A stretch of 64,000 nucleotides of DNA, from positions 248,001 through 312,000 of IMG/VR virus record IMGVR_UViG_3300020178_000002. One strand, given 5' to 3'. The notes beneath the pieces are model-generated. The model worked only from the letters and a program-made list of their open reading frames with translations. It was not told where the DNA came from and ran no database searches. Of this stretch, positions 9,191-19,345 are shown in pieces. The position numbers were made by a program, and so were the translations under genes. Position 1 is the first letter of the stretch. Every line of letters starts with the position of its first letter.

Positions 9191-11542
9191 TTAAATCTCA
9201 AAGCCACCAAAAAGGATGCCACCGAGTTTTTCAGAGCTTGGCATATCTTCTTGTAATTCAATATTTTCTGATGCGGTTAGGTTGAACTCACCCTCATCAT
9301 AGTTATTAACAAACAGAGAAGCTGTCTTCTCACTGTCGCTTGCATTAGCTAACCTGATCATCTCTTTTTGGTAGGTTGCAGGGCTTTCTACTATCTCTGT
9401 CACAGATGCAATGATTTGTTTGTTGTACTTTTGACAAGAACCCCCTGTATTAAACACACAAGACCCACACTTAGCTGTTTTTAATAAAGTAGGTATCTGG
9501 TTTGCTCTATGAACCAAAGATCCTTTATCACAGCCCTCTGTTCCTTTTGACATATAAGCATCTGCATCTACATAGGCATGGCCAGAGAGTCCTTCGTGTG
9601 CTTCTCTAATAGAGGCAATCCTTGAGCTATATTCATTAAGTACATTCTGGTCAAATCTGGTTGCAAGAAGTATATCAAGCTCTTCACCTGCAGCACCTTC
9701 ACTGATCTTTTGCCTAACCCATGTAGCAACTTTCATTTCAGAAGCTGACATCTTGTTAGACTTCTTTTGGCCTAACACATGTGCTGTTTCCTCACCAACA
9801 TATTGAGTAGCGGTTGAGGGTCTTGAAGCAAGGTCAAAAGCTTTTCTAACAAAGTCATTAGGGTCTTTGATAGATTCAATCTTCTTATAGTTATCTTGAC
9901 TTAGCAAACCTGTTGAAAGAAGCTTTTCAACTTTAGAGTGTGCCTCTTTCCAAAGGTTAGCACTTGCTCTTTTCTCTCTGTCTGGCACAGAGTCCAAAGC
10001 TTTGCTTCTATCTTTAACCATTCGGTGTTCTGTTAAGTTGTACTCACCATAAGATGCAGTTTTACTTGGCTTCTTAATGTACTTAACTACTGAAGCAAGC
10101 TTTTCTTCTGGAGTATTCTTGCCCTTAACAACTTTCTCAACTTCTTCAAAAGAGACAAGCCCTGCTTTCACGAGCTTTGAAACTTTCAAGGCAGCTTGTA
10201 ACTCCCTATTTTGAAGTTCTCTGTCTTCTTTCTTTGGTATGAGGACATTGCTTTGAACCTGTCTCTTCTTCATGTTGTGGTAAGAAGCAGATTTACCTTG
10301 ACCCTCATATTCAGAAATTTTTGTAGGCTGACTTGCTACAATATAGAGTCTTTCGATTTTTTGAGATGCTGTTCTGTCAGAATCTACAATGGCTGAAACT
10401 TGTTCTTCGTCTAAGAAGTTCTGTGCAACAAGTTCATGTGCAATTCTTTCTAGCTTCTTCTCGATTTTTGTTTGTTCAACTTCTTCATAAGATGCGACAA
10501 ATATGTTTTCTTCTCTGGCATTCTTTAGTTCTTCTTGTGCTTGATCTAAAGAAATAAGGCTCGCTTGGTCTATTTGCTGAGGAAACCATGTTGCAGACTT
10601 TTCTTCTCTAGCTACACGACCCTCAATTAAGTCAATAAATGCACTCTGAAGCCTCTCTTTTGAATTTCCAGATGCTACCTTTACCCCATAAGATTCGAGC
10701 TTAGGAAGCAAGCTTTTAGCAGCTTTATTCCAAGGTACTTCTTTAACAACTTCCATGCCTAAGAATCTGTCAAAGGCACAGTCTTTGTTTTTAGGAATGA
10801 TGTACATAGAGGTAGCACAACGTTTATTGATGACTTCGTTCCATCTGCCATTGAACAAACCTGGGAAGTGTTCTTCTTTAATATAAACACGACCATGTAG
10901 CCCATATTCAGAAGCAAGCTTAGACTTAGTTCTTAAGACATCTTTGCCCTCTACTTCTGAGAGTAGGTTCTTCATAGAGTGACCATAAGCAAGCTTTCTG
11001 TGTAGCTTCTCTTGCTTTTGTCTATAGTCATCTCCAGGTAAAGAGCTTTGGTCTTTTCTGTAAGAGTTTTGGTAAGGGATGTTTTTTCTATTGCTATTAG
11101 GGATTATGTTTATCCCATCAGTAGAAGCAGAGCCCCAAGCGTCTTGTAGAGTCATCAGTTGGTTAGCTTCAGGGTTTCCTGACTTGCCCTCTTCCATATC
11201 TTTAAGAACTTCTTCGAGAGATCTAAGTCCATCTAAATCGGGTTCTGGTTGACTGGCTAACCAAGAGTGGTCAACTAAGTTGATATTTTGACCAGCTTCT
11301 CTTGTGATTTCTTCAATGTTCAAATCAGTATTTGTGTTTATACCTAAAGGAATATCAGAGAAAGAGGGGCTGTCATTGGGAATCATTCCTTCAGGTAGGC
11401 CAGAAAGTCCCTTTGCTTCTGGTAGCCTTGCACCATCTAAGACACCATCATTGTAGTCTGTGTCAAAGTGGAAGCCATCTAGCATATAGTTAGACCCATT
11501 GGTCATGGAGTATCCTCCATTTGGTAGCTTACTCTCACTCAT
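9191..11542 (-). CDS. Large hypothetical protein with three internal helical repeats and a Cys-rich C-terminal domain
   Basis: 783 aa; repeated unit ending (A/K)xPxKxxxY(xG)...H; KCGSCVFNTGGSCQKY. Confidence 0.6.
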   Translation of the reverse strand: MSESKLPNGGYSMTNGSNYMLDGFHFDTDYNDGVLDGARLPEAKGLSGLPEGMIPNDSPSFSDIPLGINTNTDLNIEEITREAGQNINLVDHSWLASQPEPDLDGLRSLEEVLKDMEEGKSGNPEANQLMTLQDAWGSASTDGINIIPNSNRKNIPYQNSYRKDQSSLPGDDYRQKQEKLHRKLAYGHSMKNLLSEVEGKDVLRTKSKLASEYGLHGRVYIKEEHFPGLFNGRWNEVINKRCATSMYIIPKNKDCAFDRFLGMEVVKEVPWNKAAKSLLPKLESYGVKVASGNSKERLQSAFIDLIEGRVAREEKSATWFPQQIDQASLISLDQAQEELKNAREENIFVASYEEVEQTKIEKKLERIAHELVAQNFLDEEQVSAIVDSDRTASQKIERLYIVASQPTKISEYEGQGKSASYHNMKKRQVQSNVLIPKKEDRELQNRELQAALKVSKLVKAGLVSFEEVEKVVKGKNTPEEKLASVVKYIKKPSKTASYGEYNLTEHRMVKDRSKALDSVPDREKRASANLWKEAHSKVEKLLSTGLLSQDNYKKIESIKDPNDFVRKAFDLASRPSTATQYVGEETAHVLGQKKSNKMSASEMKVATWVRQKISEGAAGEELDILLATRFDQNVLNEYSSRIASIREAHEGLSGHAYVDADAYMSKGTEGCDKGSLVHRANQIPTLLKTAKCGSCVFNTGGSCQKYNKQIIASVTEIVESPATYQKEMIRLANASDSEKTASLFVNNYDEGEFNLTASENIELQEDMPSSEKLGGILFGGFEI

Positions 11543-12123
11543 CTTTTACTCCTATCACTTAAATAGTCTCTTGAAGGAACAGGTTTTCCATCTTCATCTA
11601 CAGGGGTGTCATTTTCTTCCTGCTCTTGCAAAGCCCAAGCTTCTGGGTCTTCTTTGATATCTTCAATATCTTCCATTACTTGCTCTAAGACTTTTGCTTG
11701 AGCAATTTGCCAATGGTCTGCTGTGACTTCATCATATAATGTGTCCGATAAAGCAGATAGGGCTTCTACAATATTCATATATTGTCTACGCATGGCTTTT
11801 ATTTCCATGATGTAGCCTCTACCCCCAAGATTCCCATCTGGAGATATGTCTCTAGACTTAATCTTTGCAAAAGTAGAATAAGCACTCATAGCGTGGCCTA
11901 AAGAAGAGAGTGTTGCTCTCAAAACTTTTGCCATATCTTTACTGCACTTTTTATTAAACTTATGCTCTGGGTCCATTAGCCTTCCACTTGGAGGGTGTTG
12001 TCCCCAAGCCCATGCATTAGAATCATCACCATGATCTTTAATAAAGCGAACTTCACCAGCAGTTTTTACTCTTTTGCTGGTTTGGTATCTTTGAGCTACT
12101 TTTTTAGGGTCGGCTGAACTCAT
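11539..12123 (-). CDS. Hypothetical protein with N-terminal KKVAQRY / VKTAG tag
   Basis: 194-aa ORF; late-type motif about 39 nt upstream. Confidence 0.6.
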   Translation of the reverse strand: MSSADPKKVAQRYQTSKRVKTAGEVRFIKDHGDDSNAWAWGQHPPSGRLMDPEHKFNKKCSKDMAKVLRATLSSLGHAMSAYSTFAKIKSRDISPDGNLGGRGYIMEIKAMRRQYMNIVEALSALSDTLYDEVTADHWQIAQAKVLEQVMEDIEDIKEDPEAWALQEQEENDTPVDEDGKPVPSRDYLSDRSKR

Positions 12124-12162
12124 TATAAATCCCCTCTGCCTGTGTTTACTGCAAAGAGGATT

Positions 12163-12175
12163 TATAAATAACTTA
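12163..12175 (-). promoter_or_regulatory. Putative late promoter motif TA(G/A)-N3-(A/T)TTTATA (loose consensus)
   Basis: TAAGTTATTTATA. Related elements occur at 13221(-), 14627(+), 15920(-), 30327(-), 37346(-), 44029(-), 58809(-) and 63181(+), each about 32-43 nt before a start codon. Confidence 0.55.
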
Positions 12176-13177
12176 TTAAGAATCTACACTTGTTTCAACA
12201 ATGTCAGTTAGTCTAGCTCTAAACTCTTCATGCCATGCTTTTTCACTAGGCATGTCAGCAGAAGAAGAAACGAAGTAAAGCTTACCTACGCTAGGATTGA
12301 TGGTTGTAAACCCACGACCATCTCTTTCTTCAATTAAGAAATAGAACTGATTGTCGCTGTTGTATCCTGCTGAGATGATATTACCCTCATAGTAGAGAAT
12401 TGAATAGTCTCCAATAGTTCCTTCCATTAAGTCAGAGAAGTTTCCATGTAGAGAAGTCTTCTTTTCTCTTTCCATTAACATTCTTGAAGTTAAATCTTTC
12501 CTTGCAGCAGGTGCTTTAGTTTTTCCACCTTTGTCATAGACAATAGCATATAGAGGTTTTGGTGCATTTGAACTCAAATAAGCTCCAATGTTTTTAAAAG
12601 CTCTGTATAGACCAACACCATCATGTGGGCTAAGGCTCTTCTCTCGAATAGTCTTTAAGAGTACTTCGATCTTTGCTTTTTCAATGTTAGCTTTAGCTTG
12701 ATCGTTCTTATCTTCGAACCTTTTAAGCTTTCTCTGGGCACTCTCTAGCTTTTTTGTAAGTCCACTGATTTTAACGGGATCTACTGCGATAAAGCTGAAC
12801 TTGTTTCCAGGCTTTCCATTTTGTAAAGAAATTGGAGCAACTTCAATAGTACAAGACTCTTTTAAATCTTCTGGTTTGTGGATCTTAGTGATCACACAAT
12901 AAATAGGGTTTTCTGGTGAGTGTGTGAGTGCACCACAGTTCTTCTTATTTAGAGGATGAGTGCATTTATCTCCATTTACTTTAACAACTTCACCTACCTC
13001 TAAAGGGCCTTTCCTAATGGAACGCTTTTCTCCCTTAGGTTTGATGTATACGCCTTCTCCTGAAAGATATGAGATAGTGGCATCTGGAGTCATTCCTTTT
13101 GGGAAAGCTGTTCTAGCCCAAGCTGCAAATGCTGCTGGGTCGTTTGTGAGCGAGCTTGCTGAAGATATTTTAGTCAT
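12176..13177 (-). CDS. Hypothetical protein
   Basis: 333-aa ORF with AAGGA RBS. Confidence 0.6.
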   Translation of the reverse strand: MTKISSASSLTNDPAAFAAWARTAFPKGMTPDATISYLSGEGVYIKPKGEKRSIRKGPLEVGEVVKVNGDKCTHPLNKKNCGALTHSPENPIYCVITKIHKPEDLKESCTIEVAPISLQNGKPGNKFSFIAVDPVKISGLTKKLESAQRKLKRFEDKNDQAKANIEKAKIEVLLKTIREKSLSPHDGVGLYRAFKNIGAYLSSNAPKPLYAIVYDKGGKTKAPAARKDLTSRMLMEREKKTSLHGNFSDLMEGTIGDYSILYYEGNIISAGYNSDNQFYFLIEERDGRGFTTINPSVGKLYFVSSSADMPSEKAWHEEFRARLTDIVETSVDS

Positions 13178-13336
13178 GGCTTAATCCTTTCATATTTTTT
13201 TTTATTTCCTATGTGTATTATATAAATATAAAGCCTACAAATAAAATAAAGAGAGCAATACTCCTTAGATTGTGAGCTCTAAATAAGAGAGCTTAGGTTG
13301 AAGCTCAACCCCCACAATTCTCTGAGGAGTATATTT

Positions 13337-14629
13337 ATGCAGGAAGCAGTACTTTTAGATACGAGTGTTTTAATTCATGACCCTCTTTCAATAAAAAGCT
13401 ATGGAGAAGGTGTTCAAGTTCTAATACCTATTTTTGTAGTCATGGAATTGGATGTTCTCAAGGACATGAGTAAAAGAGAGAAGGCTCATGTTGGTGCATT
13501 GGCTAGACAAGCTTCAAATCTGATTCTCGAAGCCATAAAAGACCAGTCTGTTATTATTGTCACACATCAAGATGCTGTTGACATCAAGTCTTTGGACAGA
13601 GCTTCTCAAATAAGATATGTGGACTTACTCATTTTACAGACCTCTATTTACCAGAACGAACACTACAACCTGACTTTGGTTTCTAAAGATGTGAACTTAA
13701 GGATTATCGCAGAGTCTTATGATATTAAGACCTCTGACTATGTTTCAGACTCAATTTCTTCAAACATCTATGATTCCTTAGGTCTAAGGGAGTTTATGCC
13801 AAATGCTGAATTTGCAACTTCTTTGATTAAGTCGTATTGGGAAGGTCCTGTTAATATTCCTTTTGATTCAGACTTCGAGGCATTTCAGAATGAGTATTTG
13901 TGGTTTACAGACTTCAATGGTAAGAAGCACACTTTTCAATATAAGGATTGGACTCTCTTTCCTGTAGATAAAGTTAGCACTTCTAAAGCTAAACCAAGAA
14001 ACCTTGAGCAAAGAGTTGCTTTAGATATGCTTCTTGATCCAGAGGTTCAACTTGTATCCCTTTTGGGTAAAGCAGGAACAGGCAAGACCTTTTTAGCTTT
14101 GGCAGCCGCTCTTGATCAAACAAGCCTATATAATAGAATCTTGTTATCTAAGCCTGTTGTTGATGTTGGCAAGGGTATCGGCTTCTTGCCTGGTTCTCTC
14201 TCAGAGAAGATGGAGCCTTGGATGCAAAGCTTCTTTGATAACTTAGACCAGATTAATCCTTTGTGGGACACTGCACCTATGGGAATGGAAGCTGGATCAA
14301 AAGAGATTTTCCTTGAAAAGAATCAAATTGAGATTCAACCGATACACTCAATAAGAGGTCGCTCTTTAAAGCAAGCTTACATGATTATAGATGAGGCTCA
14401 GAACTTAACAAAACATGAGATTAAGTCTATTATCACCAGAGCAGCAGAGGGTACTAAGGTTGTATTATTAGGCGACCCTTACCAAGTAGACCACCCTTAC
14501 TTAGACACGAACTCTAATGGCCTTGTTTATGTAATAGAGAAGATGAAAGGTCAGTCTATATTTGGTTGTGTTAGTCTACACAAGTCAGAAAGATCTACTT
14601 TATCAGACATTGCAGCAGATCTTTTGTAG
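13337..14629 (+). CDS. phoH: PIN-domain PhoH ATPase (PhoH2-type)
   Basis: PIN motifs LLDTSVLIHDP, ELD and VSKDVNLR; Walker A GKAGTGKT; IGFLPG; RGRS; IIDEAQN; GDPYQVD. Start moved to ATG 13337, which follows AGGAG. Confidence 0.92.
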   Translation: MQEAVLLDTSVLIHDPLSIKSYGEGVQVLIPIFVVMELDVLKDMSKREKAHVGALARQASNLILEAIKDQSVIIVTHQDAVDIKSLDRASQIRYVDLLILQTSIYQNEHYNLTLVSKDVNLRIIAESYDIKTSDYVSDSISSNIYDSLGLREFMPNAEFATSLIKSYWEGPVNIPFDSDFEAFQNEYLWFTDFNGKKHTFQYKDWTLFPVDKVSTSKAKPRNLEQRVALDMLLDPEVQLVSLLGKAGTGKTFLALAAALDQTSLYNRILLSKPVVDVGKGIGFLPGSLSEKMEPWMQSFFDNLDQINPLWDTAPMGMEAGSKEIFLEKNQIEIQPIHSIRGRSLKQAYMIIDEAQNLTKHEIKSIITRAAEGTKVVLLGDPYQVDHPYLDTNSNGLVYVIEKMKGQSIFGCVSLHKSERSTLSDIAADLL

Positions 14630-14676
14630 TGTTTTTATACTTTTCTTTGGTGAATGGCTGAATCAAAAGGAGTATT

Positions 14677-15219
14677 ATGTCTCTTTCATCAAAGCAAGAA
14701 AAGATACTAAAGAACTTTATCGGGAAAGAATACGTTAACCTCTACAAAAACTTCTCCCTAAGACACCACAGGGTTTCTGTAAAGTTAAAGAAGGTTATTC
14801 AAGGTTATGCGTCTGTTTATTCAGGCACGGAAAAAGGGATTGCATACTACAATGACTTTATCAAGTTGCCTGTTGTAGGTCTTAGTCTTCATCTTTTTTT
14901 TAAAACAGAGATAGACTATTACAAGATTGATGAGCCTTTCTTTTTAGGGAGGGCAAAGCCCAAGATTCTGGAAGCCCTTTCTGAAATCTTTTCACAAACT
15001 TTAGAGAATAAAAGGGATGTAGATATAGCTCGTTTCTTTGGGTTCACTGAGGAAGATATAGTTATCCCGAATGGTTTTGAGTTACATGAACCCTTTGACG
15101 AGACAGAGTATAACTTTGAAGTTGTAGATTACAGAAAAGATGGGGATAACTTAGCCCTCGAAATAAATTTCTGGATTAAGACTTATCCTCTTCTTGGGAA
15201 ATCTGGAGTTGGAATCTAA
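14677..15219 (+). CDS. Hypothetical protein
   Basis: 180-aa ORF with AAGGAG RBS and late-type motif upstream. Confidence 0.6.
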   Translation: MSLSSKQEKILKNFIGKEYVNLYKNFSLRHHRVSVKLKKVIQGYASVYSGTEKGIAYYNDFIKLPVVGLSLHLFFKTEIDYYKIDEPFFLGRAKPKILEALSEIFSQTLENKRDVDIARFFGFTEEDIVIPNGFELHEPFDETEYNFEVVDYRKDGDNLALEINFWIKTYPLLGKSGVGI

Positions 15220-15367
15220 GAGATTCATTTATCATTTGTATAGTAAAATCACCTCTAAAGGTATAGGTTTTACCTTTAACTACTATCTGAATCTCTTTAA
15301 AACCTTTAAGATCTTTTTTTTCGACTCCAATAAGTATCACAGGTTGAGTTGTGCTATATTCACTCAT
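15176..15367 (-). CDS. Small hypothetical protein
   Basis: 63-aa ORF coupled by ATGA overlap to the upstream gene. Confidence 0.45.
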   Translation of the reverse strand: MSEYSTTQPVILIGVEKKDLKGFKEIQIVVKGKTYTFRGDFTIQMINESLRFQLQISQEEDKS

Positions 15368-15882
15368 ACCTTTAATGGGTTGCCATCATCATCAAAGAGC
15401 CTTTCTACATCATAAGTCCCATCTTCAGAAACCTTAACACTCCAAAGGTCTTTAGTAGACTTGTGTACTAAAGCGTTCTCTCCAGATGCAATGTGGCTCA
15501 TAAGAGATGGACCACTTAATATGATGAAGTGTTCATCTAGGTTGGAAACTTTCATACTTGCCAGCTTCAAGAAGTCAGCAGGTACATTATCTATTTTGTT
15601 TCTGCCATCAAATCTAACAAAGATTTCATTTCCTAGATGAGTAGTAGGTCCATTAACAGTTTCAACAGTGACGACTGTTCCTTTAGTACCCGAAGATGGG
15701 AGTTGACCAGGTATTACAATGCCATTGTTAGTGAAAGCAACTACTCTAGAACCCTCTTTAAAAGTTGCAGCTTCTTTCTTATTTTTCCTACCTACAAGAT
15801 CTATCATATTTGTAGATAGGATAGCATCTATCCCAGAGGTCTTTGAGTTTGAAGTAAATGATATATCATTATTGTCCCACAT
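15364..15882 (-). CDS. Hypothetical protein (SH3/KOW-like middle, KxA tags)
   Basis: Probable start MWDNND at 15882; late-type motif about 38 nt upstream. Confidence 0.55.
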   Translation of the reverse strand: MWDNNDISFTSNSKTSGIDAILSTNMIDLVGRKNKKEAATFKEGSRVVAFTNNGIVIPGQLPSSGTKGTVVTVETVNGPTTHLGNEIFVRFDGRNKIDNVPADFLKLASMKVSNLDEHFIILSGPSLMSHIASGENALVHKSTKDLWSVKVSEDGTYDVERLFDDDGNPLKV

Positions 15883-15932
15883 AGTTATCTCTCTTTCTCT
15901 TTGTTTAAGAGTAGTCAGAGATAAATAAATTA

Positions 15933-16265
15933 TCAAATAAGGAACAAAGCATTATTTGTAAAGAACTTAAGGCTCTCCCTCAGAGGTCTGTTGCTTTCTG
16001 TTATTCTGATTTCGTAGGAAAGCTCTGTACCATAGAGGTCATCTTGTAGTTCTTCTCCAGAGGTATAGCAAAGTTTGTTGTCTCTTATGAGGTCACATCC
16101 TCTAGCAAACCACTTGTCTTGGGTGTGTTTTCTGATAAACAAGAGAACATCAGCAAAGTCGTCTGTTTCCACAGATTCAACCTGAGACTCTTCTTTGGTT
16201 GATTCATAGTTCTCGTCAGGGTTACCTTTTATTATTTCAAATAGCTGGCAAGTATATTTTTTCAT
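15933..16265 (-). CDS. Hypothetical protein
   Basis: 110-aa ORF with AAGGAAG RBS. Confidence 0.55.
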   Translation of the reverse strand: MKKYTCQLFEIIKGNPDENYESTKEESQVESVETDDFADVLLFIRKHTQDKWFARGCDLIRDNKLCYTSGEELQDDLYGTELSYEIRITESNRPLRESLKFFTNNALFLI

Positions 16266-16341
16266 GGTCTTCCTTTTTTTAATGTGGGGTATGTTAGTTC
16301 ATATAACTTGGTAAAGTAATTTATAAAATGGAGTTTCGTGT

Positions 16342-17268
16342 ATGAGATATATTTATTGGTCGCATTTAAAGATGATGCGAGAGTGTCCTCAAAAGTACCT
16401 TTGGTACAAAGGTCACCCTGACCATGATTTAGGTGCAGGGGTTGGAAAGCCTAAGCCTATTCCAGATGAGAACAGAGCTTCAGAACACCATCAGCTCATG
16501 GGTTCAGTCTTATCTAAGGTAGTGGAGTTGATGTACAACAATCAAATGTACTTAAAGCCTAAGACACTCCTTTCAGACTTAGAAGATATTGCACTAAAAG
16601 AGTTTGAGGAGTTAGAGAAGAAGCAATACATTCTTTGGACATACTTAACAAGGGATGAAGCGATAAACACCTGTACTAATGGTGTTAAGAACTTTTTAGA
16701 GATTGTTAAAACTAACAAGCTTTTAGGTCCTTACTCAGAGTCAGAGCTAAGAATGACACCACAGATCAACAAGTCTTTTAAAGTTTGTGGGATTGCAGAC
16801 CTTGTATTCAAGGACAAAGAAGGGAATACCTATATCTTAGATGGTAAAAATGCTTCTACTCCTATGAAGTATGAAGATGAAGATCAGTTAAGGTGGTATG
16901 CACTTTGTTTTCGTTTAGAGTATGGCTTTGTTCCAGACAAACTTGGCTTTTTCTATTTCAGATACCCCAAGTCTAACCCACCTAAAGACCAAGATCCTGA
17001 AACATGGACAGGTTTAGTGGAAATTTCGCTTTCAGAAGAAGACATTGAAAGACTTGGTAGAGAAGCTATTGAAACGAATAGAGCCATTGATAGAGGAGTT
17101 TTTGAAGCTAATCCTATACCAAAGCATTGCAATATGTGTACGTTTCAGCATATGTGTGAGCCACGCATAGAGCAAAGAAAGCGAAACGCAGCAAAAAGAA
17201 AGCCTAAAGATGAGGAGAAATTCTATAATGGCAATAACACTTTTACTTTAGGGAAAGGTAAATTTTAA
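16342..17268 (+). CDS. PD-(D/E)xK nuclease, Cas4/RecB-like with Fe-S cysteines
   Basis: ECPQKY, GIADLV...YILDGK, DQLRWYA and HCNMCTFQHMC. Confidence 0.85.
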   Translation: MRYIYWSHLKMMRECPQKYLWYKGHPDHDLGAGVGKPKPIPDENRASEHHQLMGSVLSKVVELMYNNQMYLKPKTLLSDLEDIALKEFEELEKKQYILWTYLTRDEAINTCTNGVKNFLEIVKTNKLLGPYSESELRMTPQINKSFKVCGIADLVFKDKEGNTYILDGKNASTPMKYEDEDQLRWYALCFRLEYGFVPDKLGFFYFRYPKSNPPKDQDPETWTGLVEISLSEEDIERLGREAIETNRAIDRGVFEANPIPKHCNMCTFQHMCEPRIEQRKRNAAKRKPKDEEKFYNGNNTFTLGKGKF

Positions 17269-17522
17269 TGGATGTAAAAGACTACCTTGAAAAGAAGAAT
17301 GATCTTGAGAGGAGAAAAGAAAGGCTTATTGGTAAGCTAGAAACCTCAAAAGAAAATCTTGCAAAAATTGATTCCAGGCTCAAGGAAAGAGGGATTGACC
17401 CCTCTACCTTAGATGACGAGATCGCTAGACTTAAATCAGAACATGAAAAACACATTAAGACTATTGGTGAGCTTTTGAAGAAAGCAGAAGAAGTCTTAAC
17501 TCGAATTGAAAATAGAATATAG
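17268..17522 (+). CDS. Short coiled-coil protein
   Basis: 84 aa with a heptad-like charged helical pattern. Confidence 0.6.
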   Translation: MDVKDYLEKKNDLERRKERLIGKLETSKENLAKIDSRLKERGIDPSTLDDEIARLKSEHEKHIKTIGELLKKAEEVLTRIENRI

Positions 17523-17535
17523 AAAGGGAACAGAA

Positions 17536-18729
17536 ATGCAGATTAATATTTCTACTCCAGACCTTAAAGAAGCACTGAGCTTGTCACAGAACACTCTTGG
17601 TACAAACTCAGATATTACTTCTCACTTTGTTTTTGTTAAAGAAGGCACTAATGCAAGTGTTCTTTCTTGTACTTTACCTCGAACTTTTACCAAAGTACCT
17701 TTGGTAGGAGCTACTGTCACAGGTGATGACCCTTTTACTGTCGAGGGCAAGCGTATCATGCAAGCCATCTCTGCTGTATCTGGTGTCCTTGAGATCAAGT
17801 CTGATGATGAGGGGGGTGTCTCTATTTCTCTTGAAAAAGGAGAGATTGCACTTCCATCACTAGACAGTGACAGTTTCCCACCTTGGATTACAAAGCTAGA
17901 GGAAGCGACTTCTATGAAGTCTATCTCGGCTTCCATTCTTTATGATGCAATTAACTCTTTGAAGAGTTATGTGTCAGTAGAAGAAAACCGAAGACCAGAG
18001 CTTGCTATGCTTTATGTCAGTGATGGCAAAGCATATGGGTGTGATGGTTTTGGTATGTCAGTAGCTCGACATGATGATCTTAATGGTATTGATCTCAAGA
18101 TTCACACAAAAGACTTAGCACCTCTTTCTAAGTTCCTAAAAGCAAATGATGGAGGTCTTATTGAGGTTCTTTCTGGAGAACAATGCTACTTCTTTAAAGC
18201 TCAGAATGGTGCTGTGTTTGGATTGACAGATCTTCCTCACACTTTCCCTCAAGTTGTTATCAACTATGCAGAAGCATTTGATTGGACACCTCACAAGGTG
18301 TGGGCTGTGACTAAATCAAGCCTAAACACCGCAATCAAGTTCTTACGAGCAGGTGCTGATACCTCTGATTGTAAAGTTTCATTTAATGATGAGGGTGACA
18401 TTCTAGCACCTTCTCTTTCTATGAGACCCTCAAGTGGAAAAGGTAGCCTAAGCTATAGTTTAGACTTAGCTAGTCTTCCTACTCCAGAGGAAGGTGTTGA
18501 GATTGTAGATCCTGGTGAGAAAATGTATCAAGATAGACAGAGTGAAGCTTCAGATGTAAGTATTGATTCTTTCTCTTTCAACTATCTTTATATGGTTCGT
18601 GCTATGGAGTCTTTATCAGAGAACATCTTCATTGGCTGTAATCAAGAGAACAACAAGGGTTATATGGTATTTAAGGCCATTCAACCTAGTGGTCTTGAAA
18701 CTGTATCTGTAGTAGGCTGGATGGTTTAA
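17536..18729 (+). CDS. DNA polymerase III beta-like sliding clamp
   Basis: About 397 aa; LPSLDSDSFP, ENRRPEL, YGCDGFGM (equivalent to ATDGHRL) and SFNYLYM (equivalent to GFNxxY). Start MQINIST. Confidence 0.75.
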   Translation: MQINISTPDLKEALSLSQNTLGTNSDITSHFVFVKEGTNASVLSCTLPRTFTKVPLVGATVTGDDPFTVEGKRIMQAISAVSGVLEIKSDDEGGVSISLEKGEIALPSLDSDSFPPWITKLEEATSMKSISASILYDAINSLKSYVSVEENRRPELAMLYVSDGKAYGCDGFGMSVARHDDLNGIDLKIHTKDLAPLSKFLKANDGGLIEVLSGEQCYFFKAQNGAVFGLTDLPHTFPQVVINYAEAFDWTPHKVWAVTKSSLNTAIKFLRAGADTSDCKVSFNDEGDILAPSLSMRPSSGKGSLSYSLDLASLPTPEEGVEIVDPGEKMYQDRQSEASDVSIDSFSFNYLYMVRAMESLSENIFIGCNQENNKGYMVFKAIQPSGLETVSVVGWMV

Positions 18730-18730
18730 T

Positions 18731-19345
18731 ATGGATATCGACTCTCGCTTCAATCGTCTTAAAACATTACAAAGTTCTTGTCTTGAAAGAATTGCTTCTT
18801 TGGAAGCAGAAACTTCAATGCTTGAGCTTCAGATAATGAAGACAACAGAGGCCAAAGCTATTTTAGACAAGATAGCAGAGGAAGAAGTGAAGCAAGGAGT
18901 CTCGGCTTATGTTAGCTTATTAGAAGAAGGTCTGAAAGCCATCTTCCCAGAACAAGATGTTGGGTTAAGTGCAGAGGTGACCAAAGTTAGAGGTAAAGTC
19001 TCTGTTAAGCTCAAGACGACATTTAAGGGTCAAGATGGTATTGAGGTAGAGGGAGAGGGCTTAGATGCGTTTGGTGGTGCTGTTGCAACCATTCAAAGCC
19101 TTTTGCTAAGAATATCTCTTATCCTCAAGAGAGGTTTGAGACCTTTCCTAATTCTCGATGAAACTTTCCCTGCTGTGGATTCTTCTAGGTCTGAGATTCT
19201 AGTAAGTTTTTTAAAGGTTCTTTGTGAGAGATTAGGCATGGATATACTATGTATTACGCATGACTCAACAATTGCAGAGGGTGCAGATATAGGATATAAA
19301 ATATACCCTAGTAAATCAGGTGCAAAGCTAAAGAGAATAACATGA
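18731..19345 (+). CDS. C-terminal half of an SbcC/Rad50-type ABC ATPase
   Basis: Signature-like FGGA, Walker B/D-loop LILDETFPAVD, H-loop CITHD; no Walker A. Confidence 0.75.
   Translation: MDIDSRFNRLKTLQSSCLERIASLEAETSMLELQIMKTTEAKAILDKIAEEEVKQGVSAYVSLLEEGLKAIFPEQDVGLSAEVTKVRGKVSVKLKTTFKGQDGIEVEGEGLDAFGGAVATIQSLLLRISLILKRGLRPFLILDETFPAVDSSRSEILVSFLKVLCERLGMDILCITHDSTIAEGADIGYKIYPSKSGAKLKRIT

Noticed and set aside
16342-17268. CRISPR-Cas locus
   Set aside because: The Cas4-like nuclease stands alone; no other cas genes or repeat-spacer array were seen. The tRNA-region spacers have no repeated sequence.
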